From positions 14,474-78,473 of the forward strand of contig CALVTT010000002.1 in assembly GCA_944363045.1 (NCBI GenBank): a stretch of 64,000 bases of DNA. Reading direction: 5' to 3'. The DNA comes from an uncultured Clostridia bacterium. GTDB taxonomy: Bacteria; Bacillota; Clostridia; Christensenellales; Borkfalkiaceae. Both the position numbers and the translations under genes were made by a program. Positions 55,283 to 64,000 of this stretch are shown piece after piece; position 1 is the stretch's first letter, and each line of letters starts with the position of its first letter. The notes beneath the pieces are model-generated. The model made no database searches. It was given only the letters and a program-made list of their open reading frames with translations, and was not told where the DNA came from.

Positions 55283-56236
55283 TCAAATAGCAACGAACAA
55301 TATCTTACACTTTCCGGAAACGCGTGTCGCCCTGCCGCGCATCATCCATGTTTCGCCCTTTTGGAACTTTTCTTCGGACTCTGCCCCGTACAGCATGCCG
55401 CTGCCGTCGAGAACGAGCGCAAACGTGAGATGAGAGACGGGCAGAAGGATGGTGAGATCGCCCTCCGCCTCATACTTCAAGAGCGTACATTTGCCGTTGC
55501 GCCCGAACATACCGCCGATGTACTGTTCCATGCTCATCGTATCCCGCCGCTTGAGGTCGGCGATCTGCGTCCTGTGATAATTGAGGACGTCAAGCGCCTT
55601 CTTGATATGCAGTTCGCGCCCCCTGCCGTTCTCATCCACGCGCCCGTAGTCATAGATACGATAGGTGACGTTGGAGGTCTGCTGTACCTCGCAGATGAGG
55701 CAGCCGGCGCCGATGGCGTGTACCGTGCCGGCGGGGATATAGTATGCCTCGTTGGCCTTGACCTCCACGCGGTTCAAAACTTCTTCGAGCGTATTGTCGG
55801 CGATGCGGCGCTTGACCTCTTCCTTTGTCACATCCCGCTTGAAACCGAGATAGATGAATGCCCCCTCGTCGGCGGACAATACGAACCACATCTCGTTCTT
55901 GCCGTTGTCGTTCTCGTGCTTTTTGGCGTATTTGTCGCCCGGATGCACCTGGATGGAGAGATTTTCCTTAGCATCGATATATTTGATAAGAATGGGCAGC
56001 TGGCGGTTGCGGGCGGCATATCTTCCCGCTTTATCCCAACCGGTCTTATCAAAGTATTCGTTGAGCGTCTTCCCGCGGAACTCTCCGCTGTCGACGATGC
56101 TCCTGCCTGCCGGGTGAGTAGAGACTTCCCAGCTCTCCGCAACGCGGGGCAGCGCCCCTGTATCCTTTTGGAGCAGGTCGCGGATCTTGGTCCCGCCCCA
56201 AATATATTCCTGATAGACAGATTTTAACTTGATCAC
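55283..56236 (-). CDS. manA: Mannose-6-phosphate isomerase, class I
   Basis: YIWGG, LSIQVHP, NEMWFV and AGTVHAIG are present (cupin metal ligands). Confidence 0.8.
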   Translation of the reverse strand: MIKLKSVYQEYIWGGTKIRDLLQKDTGALPRVAESWEVSTHPAGRSIVDSGEFRGKTLNEYFDKTGWDKAGRYAARNRQLPILIKYIDAKENLSIQVHPGDKYAKKHENDNGKNEMWFVLSADEGAFIYLGFKRDVTKEEVKRRIADNTLEEVLNRVEVKANEAYYIPAGTVHAIGAGCLICEVQQTSNVTYRIYDYGRVDENGRGRELHIKKALDVLNYHRTQIADLKRRDTMSMEQYIGGMFGRNGKCTLLKYEAEGDLTILLPVSHLTFALVLDGSGMLYGAESEEKFQKGETWMMRGRATRVSGKCKILFVAI

Positions 56237-56254
56237 AAATTTTTCCTCACCGCG

Positions 56255-58018
56255 TCACGCTTCGAGCAATGCCGAGGCGCCGCGCAAGATCTCTTCGGTA
56301 TTTTTCCGTGCGCTCAGGGGGGAATGCCCCTTGGCGCCAAAGTAAAGTTTCATCTTAGGTTCCGTGCCCGAGGGGCGCACGCAGCACCAGCCCTCCCCTT
56401 CGAGCTCAAAGTAGAGCACATTGCTCTTGGGCAGGGTGAGAGCGCTCTCCTCCCCCGCCGTAAGATCGCGGCGGATGCCGCAGAGATAGTCGCGCACGGC
56501 GAGCACGCGCACGCTGCCGAGGCACCCGGGCGGCGCCTCCCTGAGCTGCTGCATACGGGCCTCCATGCGTTCCTTGCCGTCCGCCCCCGGGAAGGAGAGG
56601 CTGCTTTGCCCCTCTTCGAAGTACCCGAGACGGGCGTAGAGATCGTCCATCGCCTCCGCAAGCGTCATGCCCTTGCTGCGGTAGTAGCACGCCGCCTCGG
56701 CAAGCGCCGCCGCCGCGGAGACGGCGTCCTTGTCGCGCGCATAGCTGCCCGTGAGGCATCCGTAGCTCTCCTCAAAGCCGAAGAGATATTCGTATGCCCC
56801 CTTTTTAGCGTCCGTTTTACCGCCGTTCTGCGCTTTGGCCGCTTCAAAGCGGCCGATCGCTTCGCCGATATACTTAAAGCCCGTCAGCGTCTCTATCTCG
56901 GTGATGCCGTAGTATGCGGCAAGCGCCTTTGCCATGTCCGTCGAGACGATGGTGGTGACGAGCGCGCCGTCCGCCCTGTTCTCGGGCAGAAGGCCGAGCT
57001 CCGCCCTGCGGCGGAGGAGATATTCGGCAATGAGGATGCCGCTCATGTTGCCCGTGAAGCGGCGGTACTCCCCGTTCCTCTCGCGCACATACGCACCGAG
57101 ACGGTCGGCGTCGGGGTCGGTGGCGAGCACGAGGTCGGCGCCCTTCTCCCCTGCAAGTTTGAGCGCGAGCGCGAAGGCGGCAGGGTCCTCAGGGTTGGGA
57201 TATTTGAGCGTGGGGAAATCGCCGTCGGGCGCCTCCTGTTCGGGCACGACGAAGACGTTTGAAAAGCCCAGCTCCTTTAAGATACGCGGCACGAACACGC
57301 TGCCCGTGCCGTTGAGGGGGGTATAGACGATCTTGATGTGTTTTGCCTCGCTTGCAAGCGCTTCGGGGGAAAGAACGAGCGCTTTGACGGCCTCAAGATA
57401 GGCGGCGTCAACTTGCCCGCCGACCGTCTCGATAAGGCCGCGCGCTTTGCCCTCTTCCAAAGAGATACGCTTGACGCCCTCATAAGAGACGGCGTTGACG
57501 CAGGCGATGATGCGCTTGTCGTAGGGCGGCACCACCTGACAGCCGTCCGCAAAGTACACCTTATAGCCGTTGTATGCGGGCGGATTGTGGCTCGCCGTGA
57601 TGACGACGCCCGCCGCCGCTTTCAAATACCTGACGGCAAAGGAGAGCACGGGCGTGGGGCGCAGGCTCTCGAAGAGATAGGCCTTCACGCCGTTGGCGGC
57701 GAGGATGCGCGCCGTATCACACGCGAATTCCTCGGAGCGGTGACGGCTGTCATAGGCGATGACGACGCCCCCCTCCATGCCTTCCTTGCGCAGAAAATCG
57801 GCAAGCCCCTGGCTCGCCCTGCCCACGGTATAGCTGTTCATGCGGTTGCTGCCCGCGCCCAAGACGCCGCGCAGGCCTCCCGTGCCGAAGGCGAGGTCCT
57901 GATAGAAACGGTCCTCGATCTCCTTCTCGTCGGAAAGCGCCCGAAGTTCGCGCTTGGTATCTTCGTCAAAGACGGCAGAGGTGAGCCATCTTTGGTATTC
58001 TTCCAGATAGTGTTTCAA
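56255..58018 (-). CDS. Phosphoglucomutase/phosphomannomutase family phospho-sugar mutase
   Basis: It has the active-site ITASHNPPAYNGYK and the Mg loop TDPDADR. There is no in-frame ATG near the N-terminus. A TTG at 58018 with AGAGGA 6 nt upstream overlaps the manC stop (TTGA). Confidence 0.85.
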   Translation of the reverse strand: MKHYLEEYQRWLTSAVFDEDTKRELRALSDEKEIEDRFYQDLAFGTGGLRGVLGAGSNRMNSYTVGRASQGLADFLRKEGMEGGVVIAYDSRHRSEEFACDTARILAANGVKAYLFESLRPTPVLSFAVRYLKAAAGVVITASHNPPAYNGYKVYFADGCQVVPPYDKRIIACVNAVSYEGVKRISLEEGKARGLIETVGGQVDAAYLEAVKALVLSPEALASEAKHIKIVYTPLNGTGSVFVPRILKELGFSNVFVVPEQEAPDGDFPTLKYPNPEDPAAFALALKLAGEKGADLVLATDPDADRLGAYVRERNGEYRRFTGNMSGILIAEYLLRRRAELGLLPENRADGALVTTIVSTDMAKALAAYYGITEIETLTGFKYIGEAIGRFEAAKAQNGGKTDAKKGAYEYLFGFEESYGCLTGSYARDKDAVSAAAALAEAACYYRSKGMTLAEAMDDLYARLGYFEEGQSSLSFPGADGKERMEARMQQLREAPPGCLGSVRVLAVRDYLCGIRRDLTAGEESALTLPKSNVLYFELEGEGWCCVRPSGTEPKMKLYFGAKGHSPLSARKNTEEILRGASALLEA

Positions 58019-59076
58019 AGCAATTCCTCTTTTCCCTTGGCACGGAGCTCCTCGACGATCTTCTTGACGTCCTGTGCGCGCTCTTTGGAGCACACGAGAA
58101 GGACGTCGGGCATATCAACGATGATGAGATCGTCCACGCCCACCGTGCAGACGGGCTTGCCGCCCGTGTAAATGATGGTATGATGCGTTTCGAGAGGATA
58201 GGCCTCCCCCACGGTGACGTTGCCGTCGCCGTCCGAGGGACGCACCGCCTCCAGCATATCGAGGCTGCCCACGTCGCTCCAACCGAGGTCGGCGGGCACC
58301 ACAAAGATGCCGTCCGTCTTTTCGAGCACGCCGTAATCGACGGAGACGGAGGGCATTTCCGGATAGACGCTGTCGATGACCGACTCCTCCCGTTCGGTAC
58401 CCACCGAATCGCCGATGCAAAGGAGCTCCTTGTAGAGCTCGGGCAGATATTTTTCTATTTTTTGCAGGATGAGCGACGCCTTCCAGATGAACATCCCGCT
58501 GTTCCAGACGAACTCGCCGCTTGCGATATACTCTTCGGCACGCGCACGGTCGGGCTTTTCCACGAACTGTTTGACGGGTTTGACGGGCGAAGGCACGTCC
58601 TCATAGCGGATATAGCCGTAGCCCGTGGCGGGGAAGGTAGGTTTGATGCCGATGGTGACGATGGCGTCCTGTTCTGCCGCCCGCTCCACGGCAAGGGAAA
58701 GCGCCTCGGTAAATGCCTCGGCGTTCTTGATGTAGCTGTCCGAAGGGATGACGACGAGCACGCCGTCGCCGTACCGCCTGACGATCTCGATGGCGGCGTA
58801 GCCGATGCAGGCCGCCGTGTTGCGCGCTGCGGGCTCTAAGAGGATGTGATCTTTCGGGATGCTCTTGTCGAGCACCTGAAAGAGCCCCTCGCGCTGGCTC
58901 TTGCTCGAGACGATAAAGATGCCGTCCTTCGCAACGGGTCTGAGGCGGGCGACCGCTTCGTTGATCATCGCATCGCCGCCCGTAAGATTGAGAAACTGCT
59001 TGGGACGCTGCTGCCTGGAGAGCGGCCAGAAGCGCGTGCCGCTGCCGCCCGCCATGACGACGCCGTACACCTTCAT
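58015..59076 (-). CDS. manC: Mannose-1-phosphate guanylyltransferase
   Basis: It has the MAGGSGTRFWPLS nucleotidyltransferase loop and lacks the C-terminal PMI domain. Confidence 0.85.
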   Translation of the reverse strand: MKVYGVVMAGGSGTRFWPLSRQQRPKQFLNLTGGDAMINEAVARLRPVAKDGIFIVSSKSQREGLFQVLDKSIPKDHILLEPAARNTAACIGYAAIEIVRRYGDGVLVVIPSDSYIKNAEAFTEALSLAVERAAEQDAIVTIGIKPTFPATGYGYIRYEDVPSPVKPVKQFVEKPDRARAEEYIASGEFVWNSGMFIWKASLILQKIEKYLPELYKELLCIGDSVGTEREESVIDSVYPEMPSVSVDYGVLEKTDGIFVVPADLGWSDVGSLDMLEAVRPSDGDGNVTVGEAYPLETHHTIIYTGGKPVCTVGVDDLIIVDMPDVLLVCSKERAQDVKKIVEELRAKGKEELL

Positions 59077-60206
59077 GCGCGCACCTCCTTAAACCTTAAG
59101 AGCGAGCGCACATTGCGGCGGAAAACTTCCTCGCTGAAGAGCTGCTGTTCGCGCTCCCGCGCAGCTTTTCCGTACTTTTCGCAAAGAGCCCTGTCCTCTT
59201 TGAGTTGAAGAATGGCGGCGGCATAGGCCTTGACGTCGCCGTTTTTCACTTCGATGCCCGTCACGCCGTTCAAGGAGACATAGTTGACGCCCGAGCCCGC
59301 GATCGTAAAGGTGACGGAGGGCTTAGAAAAGGCCATCGCTTCCGCAAGGGCGATGCCGAACGCTTCGTTCTTGGTGACGGAGGGAAAGCAGAAGATATCG
59401 CACGCCAAGAGATAGGCCTTGAGCTCGCCGTCGGGGATGCGGCCGAGAAAATCTACTTTCTCATCGCCCGCCGCCAGCTCTTTCAAAGAAGGCGTCAGCT
59501 CCCCCTCGCCGCCGATGCATACAGCGCAGTCCTCGGGGAGCAGTTTGCTTGCCCGCACGAGGTACTCCATGCCCTTATAGGGAACGTGCCTGCCGACCGC
59601 AAAGAGCAGACACTTGCCCGCATATCGGCGTTTGAGTTCTTCGGCGCGCTGTTTTTCCTCATCGGATAACGTCACGCGGCTGTCCGCAGCGCAGTTGGGG
59701 ATGACGGCGCACTTTTCACGGAAGGCGGGCAAAAACTCGCTGCCGTCGATGTAATTGGGGCTGGTGGCGACCACTTTCTCTGCCCGGCGAAGGAGACGCA
59801 GCGTCTGCCCGCGGAAGAGCTTTTTCAAAAGTTTCTGTTTGATGATGTCGAGATGCCACCAGAGGATGAGCTTCGCCCTACTCCCTTTGAGGCACTTCAA
59901 AAGATAGTGCGCCGCAAAGGGGTTGGGAAAGTGGAAGATGACGATATCGGGGTCGAACTCTCTCATCTCCCGCCTTAAAAGCTTCCCGTAAGAGAACGAG
60001 AGCGACTGCGAGGCGACCTTTACAAAGGAGCCCGCACGGACGACTTCCACGCCGTCCACCATATCGCGGCGGTCGCCCCTTTCGGAATGAAAACAGAAGA
60101 CGCGCTGTTCGGCATCCTCCCCGACCGCGGAGACGCAGTCCCGTGCGACCTGTTCGATCCCGCCGATATGCGGATGGTAATAGTTGCTGATGTGCAAAAT
60201 CTTCAT
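59073..60206 (-). CDS. Glycosyltransferase family 4 (GT-B)
   Basis: MKILHISNYYHPHIGGIE is the N-terminus, and the C-terminus has EAFGIALAEA. ATG 60206 is preferred over the track start. Confidence 0.8.
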   Translation of the reverse strand: MKILHISNYYHPHIGGIEQVARDCVSAVGEDAEQRVFCFHSERGDRRDMVDGVEVVRAGSFVKVASQSLSFSYGKLLRREMREFDPDIVIFHFPNPFAAHYLLKCLKGSRAKLILWWHLDIIKQKLLKKLFRGQTLRLLRRAEKVVATSPNYIDGSEFLPAFREKCAVIPNCAADSRVTLSDEEKQRAEELKRRYAGKCLLFAVGRHVPYKGMEYLVRASKLLPEDCAVCIGGEGELTPSLKELAAGDEKVDFLGRIPDGELKAYLLACDIFCFPSVTKNEAFGIALAEAMAFSKPSVTFTIAGSGVNYVSLNGVTGIEVKNGDVKAYAAAILQLKEDRALCEKYGKAAREREQQLFSEEVFRRNVRSLLRFKEVRA

Positions 60207-60226
60207 ATGAAATAACCGATCTCTCT

Positions 60227-60895
60227 TTACTGTGCGCCGTCGCCGCGAAGGACGGTGCCGATCGTCTTGAAGATGATCTTGATGTCGAACCAAGCGGAGC
60301 AATGGTCAACGTAGTAGAGTTCAAGCCGCTGCCGCTCGCCGCTCTCATAGGTGCAGTTGCTCCTGCCGTTCGCCGCCCACCAGCCGATGAGCCCCGGCTT
60401 GACGGAAAGCAGCTTTTCTGCCTCATCCCCGTATTTTTCCTTCAACTCGTCACGCATGAGGGGACGGGGACCGACGACGGAAAGATCGCCCTTGAAGATG
60501 GACCAAAGCTGCGGCAGCTCATCGAGGCTCGTTTTGCGCAAAAAATGCCCCACCCCAGTGACGCGGGGATCGTTGTCGATCTTATACTCTCTGCGGTACT
60601 GTTCGAGCTGCTCGGGCGTGAGCATATCTTCGAGCTTGTCCGCATCGCGCTTCATGCTGCGAAATTTGGGGATAAAGATATCCTTCCCGCCCTTGCCCAC
60701 GCGCGGATGACGATAGAAGACAGAACCGCCGTCGCTGCATTTGACGGCGATCGCCAAGATCAGGAAGAGCCAGCTCAAAAGCAAAAGCATAAAGCCCGAC
60801 GATACAATGTCGAACGCGCGTTTGAAAAACAGATAGCACTTATATTTTGCTCCGCTGCGGGAAGCAGCGGTACATTCTTTGGTGTAGTCGCTCAT
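60227..60895 (-). CDS. Initiating sugar-phosphate transferase (bacterial sugar transferase, WbaP/EpsL-like)
   Basis: FKRAFDIV, ELPQLWSIFKGDLSVVGPRP and the C-terminal motif are present. The start is uncertain (ATG 60895, ATG 60928 or TTG 60940). Confidence 0.8.
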   Translation of the reverse strand: MSDYTKECTAASRSGAKYKCYLFFKRAFDIVSSGFMLLLLSWLFLILAIAVKCSDGGSVFYRHPRVGKGGKDIFIPKFRSMKRDADKLEDMLTPEQLEQYRREYKIDNDPRVTGVGHFLRKTSLDELPQLWSIFKGDLSVVGPRPLMRDELKEKYGDEAEKLLSVKPGLIGWWAANGRSNCTYESGERQRLELYYVDHCSAWFDIKIIFKTIGTVLRGDGAQ

Positions 60896-60986
60896 AGATG
60901 AATGATGTCCGCAAACGAGGCAGTCCATACCTTCCCGCAAGCCTGCGGCGGAGAGTCAGCTTGCCCTGCGGTTTTCTTACACCCCA

Positions 60987-61015
60987 ATTATACACGCAGT
61001 ACATGGAGAAGTCAA
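60987..61015 (-). promoter_or_regulatory. Promoter of the polysaccharide locus (TTGACT-17-TATAAT)
   Basis: The minus strand reads TTGACT (61015-61010), a 17-nt spacer, and TATAAT (60992-60987). Confidence 0.55.
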
Positions 61016-61144
61016 ACCTTTGAACGCTCTTTAAGAAGGAAGTTTTTACACTTTTGTGACCATTGCATGACAAATTGGTGGATAGTTCACAAGCTGAACG
61101 AAGTATTCGCCTGAATTGAAAAAAACCAACAAACAGATAAAGGA

Positions 61145-61166
61145 GCCTTCGCCATTCGGCGAAGGC
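61145..61166 (-). terminator. Hairpin downstream of tRNA-Leu
   Basis: Stem GCCTTCGCC / GGCGAAGGC (9 bp) with a 4-nt loop is followed on the minus strand by a T-rich stretch. Confidence 0.5.
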
Positions 61167-61194
61167 CCACAAAAGACGTCGTGTCCCGACGCGG

Positions 61195-61281
61195 TGGTGC
61201 CGCTGATCGGGGTCGAACCGATACGGTATCACTACCATCGGATTTTGAGTCCGACGCGTCTGCCAATTCCACCACAGCGGC
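61195..61281 (-). tRNA. tRNA-Leu (anticodon CAA), class II with long variable arm, CCA encoded
   Basis: The minus strand reads GCCGCTG...GGACTCAAAATCC...GGTTCGACCCC..CAGCGGCACCA. It has a 7-bp acceptor stem, anticodon loop CT-CAA-AA and a T-loop GGTTCGA. Confidence 0.9.
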
Positions 61282-61294
61282 ATATTACTCGCAC

Positions 61295-61323
61295 ATTATA
61301 TCCTACCGAAGCTTAAAAATCAA
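61295..61323 (-). promoter_or_regulatory. tRNA-Leu promoter (TTGATT-17-TATAAT)
   Basis: The minus strand reads TTGATT (61323-61318), a 17-nt spacer, and TATAAT (61300-61295). The -10 box is 13 nt upstream of the mature 5' end. Confidence 0.55.
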
Positions 61324-61341
61324 GCGATTTCCGCCTTTTTC

Positions 61342-61370
61342 TTGCAAAATTTCTTCTTCCGTGTTACAAT
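61342..61370 (+). promoter_or_regulatory. polA promoter (TTGCAA-17-TACAAT), -10 ends 6 nt before the ATG (leaderless candidate)
   Basis: TTGCAA at 61342-61347, a 17-nt spacer, TACAAT at 61365-61370, then AAGAAT and ATG 61377. There is no SD. Confidence 0.5.
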
Positions 61371-61376
61371 AAGAAT

Positions 61377-63908
61377 ATGGAAAAGAATACTTTCGTTCTC
61401 ATCGACGGCAACAGTCTCATGAACCGCGCATTTTACGCCATCAACGGGTTCACCACGAAGGACGGCTTCCCCACCAACGCCATCTACGGCTTCATCAAGT
61501 TCCTCTTCAAGATCCTTGAGGAGGAAAGCCCGGCTTATCTCGGGGTCGCCTTTGACCTTCACGCCCCCACCTTCCGCCATAAGCTGTATAAAGACTATAA
61601 GGGCACGCGCAACCCCACTCCCGAGGAGCTCGTCGTGCAGTTCCCCGTGCTCAAAGAAGTGCTCTCCGCCATGCGCATCCGCTATGTCGAAATGGAGGGC
61701 TACGAGGCGGACGACCTCATCGGCACTCTCTCGCGCGCTTACGGGAACGTCGAAAGCGTCATTTACACGGGGGACCGCGATGCCTATCAGCTCGTGAACG
61801 AACACGTCTCGGTGTGTTTCACCAAGCGCGGCGTCAGCGATACCGACCGCCTCACAAACGAGAATTTCTATGAAAAGGTCGGGCTCACCCCCTCGCAGAT
61901 CATCGAAGAAAAGGCGCTGATGGGCGACTCGTCCGACAATATCCCCGGCGTTTCCGGCATCGGCCCCAAGACGGCGCTCTCCCTGCTGCAAAAGTACGGC
62001 ACGGCAGAAGGCGTCTACGGGCATCTCGACGAGCTCGCGGCAGGCCTCAAAAACCGTCTCATTGCGGGGAGGGAGGACGCCAAACTTTCCCATCGGCTCG
62101 CAGCCATCGATACGAACGTTCCCCTCTCCCTCTCCCTCGAAGAATTTTCCGTACACATCCCCTTCTCTGCCGAGGCGCGCGCGGCGCTCGATAAGCTGGA
62201 GTTCCGCACCCTCGTGCACTCCGCCCTCTTTGACGAATACGAAAAGGCGGGCGCGGAATGCGTCGTCCTGCCCGAGCGCAAAACTCTCGAAGAAGCGCTC
62301 GCAGGCGCAGATGTCTTCGCCTTCGCCGAAAACGGCGGCGGTGCGCACCTGTGCGTCGGCGCTACGGAATATCTCTTTCCCTACAAAAAGACGCTGCTCG
62401 ATCCGGGCTGTTTCCCCGAAGACGCCGCCGCGATGTTTGCTCCCTTCTTTCAAACGGACAAGCGGGCGGTCGTCGCCGACTACAAGGCCCTCTTGCACCG
62501 CTTCGCGCCGGCTCCCGTCACCTGTCCCGTGGAGGACGCAGGGCTTTTGTCTTATCTTCTCAATTCGGGCAGAAAGGCGGCCGCCGCCGAGGACTTTGCC
62601 CGTGATTATGCCCTGCCCGATTCCAACCTCGCCTATGCCCTCATGCGAGGATTCAAGGATGCGGAGCGCAATGCGGATGAGGACTGCATCCGCCTCTACC
62701 GCGAACTCGAACTGCCCCTCTCGCGCGTGCTCTATGAGATGGAGAGGACGGGCGTGCGCGTGGACGAGGATAAATTCCCCGAACTTTCCGCCCGCTATGC
62801 CGCCGAGATGGACTCCCTCACCGAACGCATCTATAAGCTGGCAGGCTGCGAGTTTAACCTCAATTCCACCGCCAAACTTTCGGAGGTCCTCTTCGACCGC
62901 CTCGGATACAGCGTGAAGGGCGTCAAAAAGACGGCGCGCGGCGGCTATTCCACCAATGCCGAAGTGCTCGAACAGCTGGCGGGCGAGCACGAGATCTGCC
63001 GCCTCATCCTGCGCTACCGCGAGATCCAAAAACTCCGCTCCACCTACATCGACGGCATCCGTCCGCTCATCAGAGACGGCATCGTGCATACGACTTACAA
63101 CCAGACGATGACGACGACGGGGCGGCTCTCGAGCGCCAACCCCAACTTACAGAATATCCCCGTCCGCCGCGAGGAAGGCAGGGAGCTGAGAAAACTCTTT
63201 ATCGCCCGCGAGGGGAACGTGCTCATCGATGCCGACTATTCGCAGATCGAGCTGCGGCTTCTGGCGCATTTCAGCGGTGCAAAACTGCTGCGCAGCGCCT
63301 ATCACGAGGGAAAAGACATCCATGCCGCCACGGCTTCTCTCATCTTCAAAGTTCCCCTCTCCGCCGTCACGCCCGAGCTGAGGCGGCGTGCCAAAGCCGT
63401 CAACTTCGGCATCATCTACGGCATCTCCGCCTTCGGGCTCGCCAAGGACGTCGGCTGTTCCACCGCGGAAGCGCAGGGTTACATCGACGGGTATTTTGCG
63501 ACCTATCCCGAAGTCAAAGCCTATATGGAGGAGAACGTGCGCCGCGCCAAAGAGGACGGCTATGTGACGACCATCCTCGGCCGCAAGCGCTATATGCCCG
63601 AACTCAGATCGACAAGCTACACGACGCGCTCCTTCGGCGAACGCGCCGCCATGAATATGCCTCTGCAGGGCAGCTCTGCCGACATCATCAAACTCGCCAT
63701 GCTGGGCGTCGACCGCCGCCTCAAAGCGGAAGGCCTCGGCGCCAAGCTCGTCTTGCAGGTGCACGACGAACTCCTCCTCGACACCCCGAAGGAGGAGGCG
63801 GAAGAGACGGCGGCCGTCCTCAAAGAGGAAATGGAAAAGGCCGTGAAGCTGAAGGTGCCGCTCATCGCCGACGTCTCTATGGGAAGGAGCTGGTACGATG
63901 CCAAGTAA
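61377..63908 (+). CDS. polA: DNA polymerase I
   Basis: It has a 5'-3' exonuclease N-terminus (LIDGNSLMNRAFYA), motif A DYSQIELR, motif B RRRAKAVNFGIIYG and motif C QVHDELLLD. Confidence 0.95.
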   Translation: MEKNTFVLIDGNSLMNRAFYAINGFTTKDGFPTNAIYGFIKFLFKILEEESPAYLGVAFDLHAPTFRHKLYKDYKGTRNPTPEELVVQFPVLKEVLSAMRIRYVEMEGYEADDLIGTLSRAYGNVESVIYTGDRDAYQLVNEHVSVCFTKRGVSDTDRLTNENFYEKVGLTPSQIIEEKALMGDSSDNIPGVSGIGPKTALSLLQKYGTAEGVYGHLDELAAGLKNRLIAGREDAKLSHRLAAIDTNVPLSLSLEEFSVHIPFSAEARAALDKLEFRTLVHSALFDEYEKAGAECVVLPERKTLEEALAGADVFAFAENGGGAHLCVGATEYLFPYKKTLLDPGCFPEDAAAMFAPFFQTDKRAVVADYKALLHRFAPAPVTCPVEDAGLLSYLLNSGRKAAAAEDFARDYALPDSNLAYALMRGFKDAERNADEDCIRLYRELELPLSRVLYEMERTGVRVDEDKFPELSARYAAEMDSLTERIYKLAGCEFNLNSTAKLSEVLFDRLGYSVKGVKKTARGGYSTNAEVLEQLAGEHEICRLILRYREIQKLRSTYIDGIRPLIRDGIVHTTYNQTMTTTGRLSSANPNLQNIPVRREEGRELRKLFIAREGNVLIDADYSQIELRLLAHFSGAKLLRSAYHEGKDIHAATASLIFKVPLSAVTPELRRRAKAVNFGIIYGISAFGLAKDVGCSTAEAQGYIDGYFATYPEVKAYMEENVRRAKEDGYVTTILGRKRYMPELRSTSYTTRSFGERAAMNMPLQGSSADIIKLAMLGVDRRLKAEGLGAKLVLQVHDELLLDTPKEEAEETAAVLKEEMEKAVKLKVPLIADVSMGRSWYDAK

Positions 63909-64000
63909 GTTTGCGGTCACGGGCGGCATCGGCAGCGGCAAGAGCGCCCTCTGCCATATATTGAAGGAGCGGGGCCATCCCGTCTTTTCCTGCGACAAGA
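63898..64000 (+). CDS. coaE: Dephospho-CoA kinase (5' partial, runs off the window)
   Basis: MPSKFAVTGGIGSGKSALCHILKERGHPVFSCDK carries the CoaE P-loop. The ATG overlaps the end of polA, and polA-coaE adjacency is common. Confidence 0.7.
   Translation, partial: MPSKFAVTGGIGSGKSALCHILKERGHPVFSCDK

Noticed and set aside
61320-63998. 589-aa and 283-aa minus-strand ORFs opposite polA
   Set aside because: They are antisense shadows. polA on the plus strand has all polymerase motifs.

Overview
GC-rich (by eye, not computed) chromosomal segment from a spore-forming Firmicute, probably a Clostridia/Oscillospiraceae-like organism judging from gene content and fusions. It is almost entirely conserved housekeeping and sporulation genes. 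Order along the window: flavoprotein, AroH-Cmk fusion, plsC, IspH-S1 fusion, M50 protease, scpAB, ytfJ/gerW, dacB, rluB on the + strand. Then on the - strand: lexA, hflX plus a Xer-like tyrosine recombinase, a glgBCDAP-type glycogen operon with a GH13 enzyme, ilvC, murC, csp, htpG, lysA and a second DD-carboxypeptidase. Next comes the Bacillus-like block spoIVB-recN-argR-nadK-tlyA-dxs-ispA-folD-nusB-asp23-spoIIIAH..AA. This is followed by a GH51-like glycosidase and a Wzx/Wzy-type, mannose-supplying polysaccharide locus. The window ends with tRNA-Leu(CAA), polA and the start of coaE. I found no CRISPR array, prophage, transposase or recognisable defence system. The most unusual signal is a six-copy family of an AT-rich palindromic element built on the self-complementary 12-mer CATAGTACTATG. 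Three copies lie in frame inside unrelated genes (flavoprotein, dxs, spoIIIAE), each encoding LHSTM(R/S)DI(I/V). Three lie 7-13 nt past stop codons. Other observations: four to five probable leaderless mRNAs with the -10 box exactly 6 nt from the ATG, including a sigma-E-type spoIIIA promoter; an AroH-Cmk fusion; low-complexity tails on GlgA and GlgB; a Cys-rich small ORF divergent from an SOS-boxed lexA promoter; and repeats upstream of the recombinase and of asp23. All product calls rest on motif recognition and synteny from memory; no database search was possible. Many long antisense ORFs in the track are GC-rich shadow frames and were rejected.
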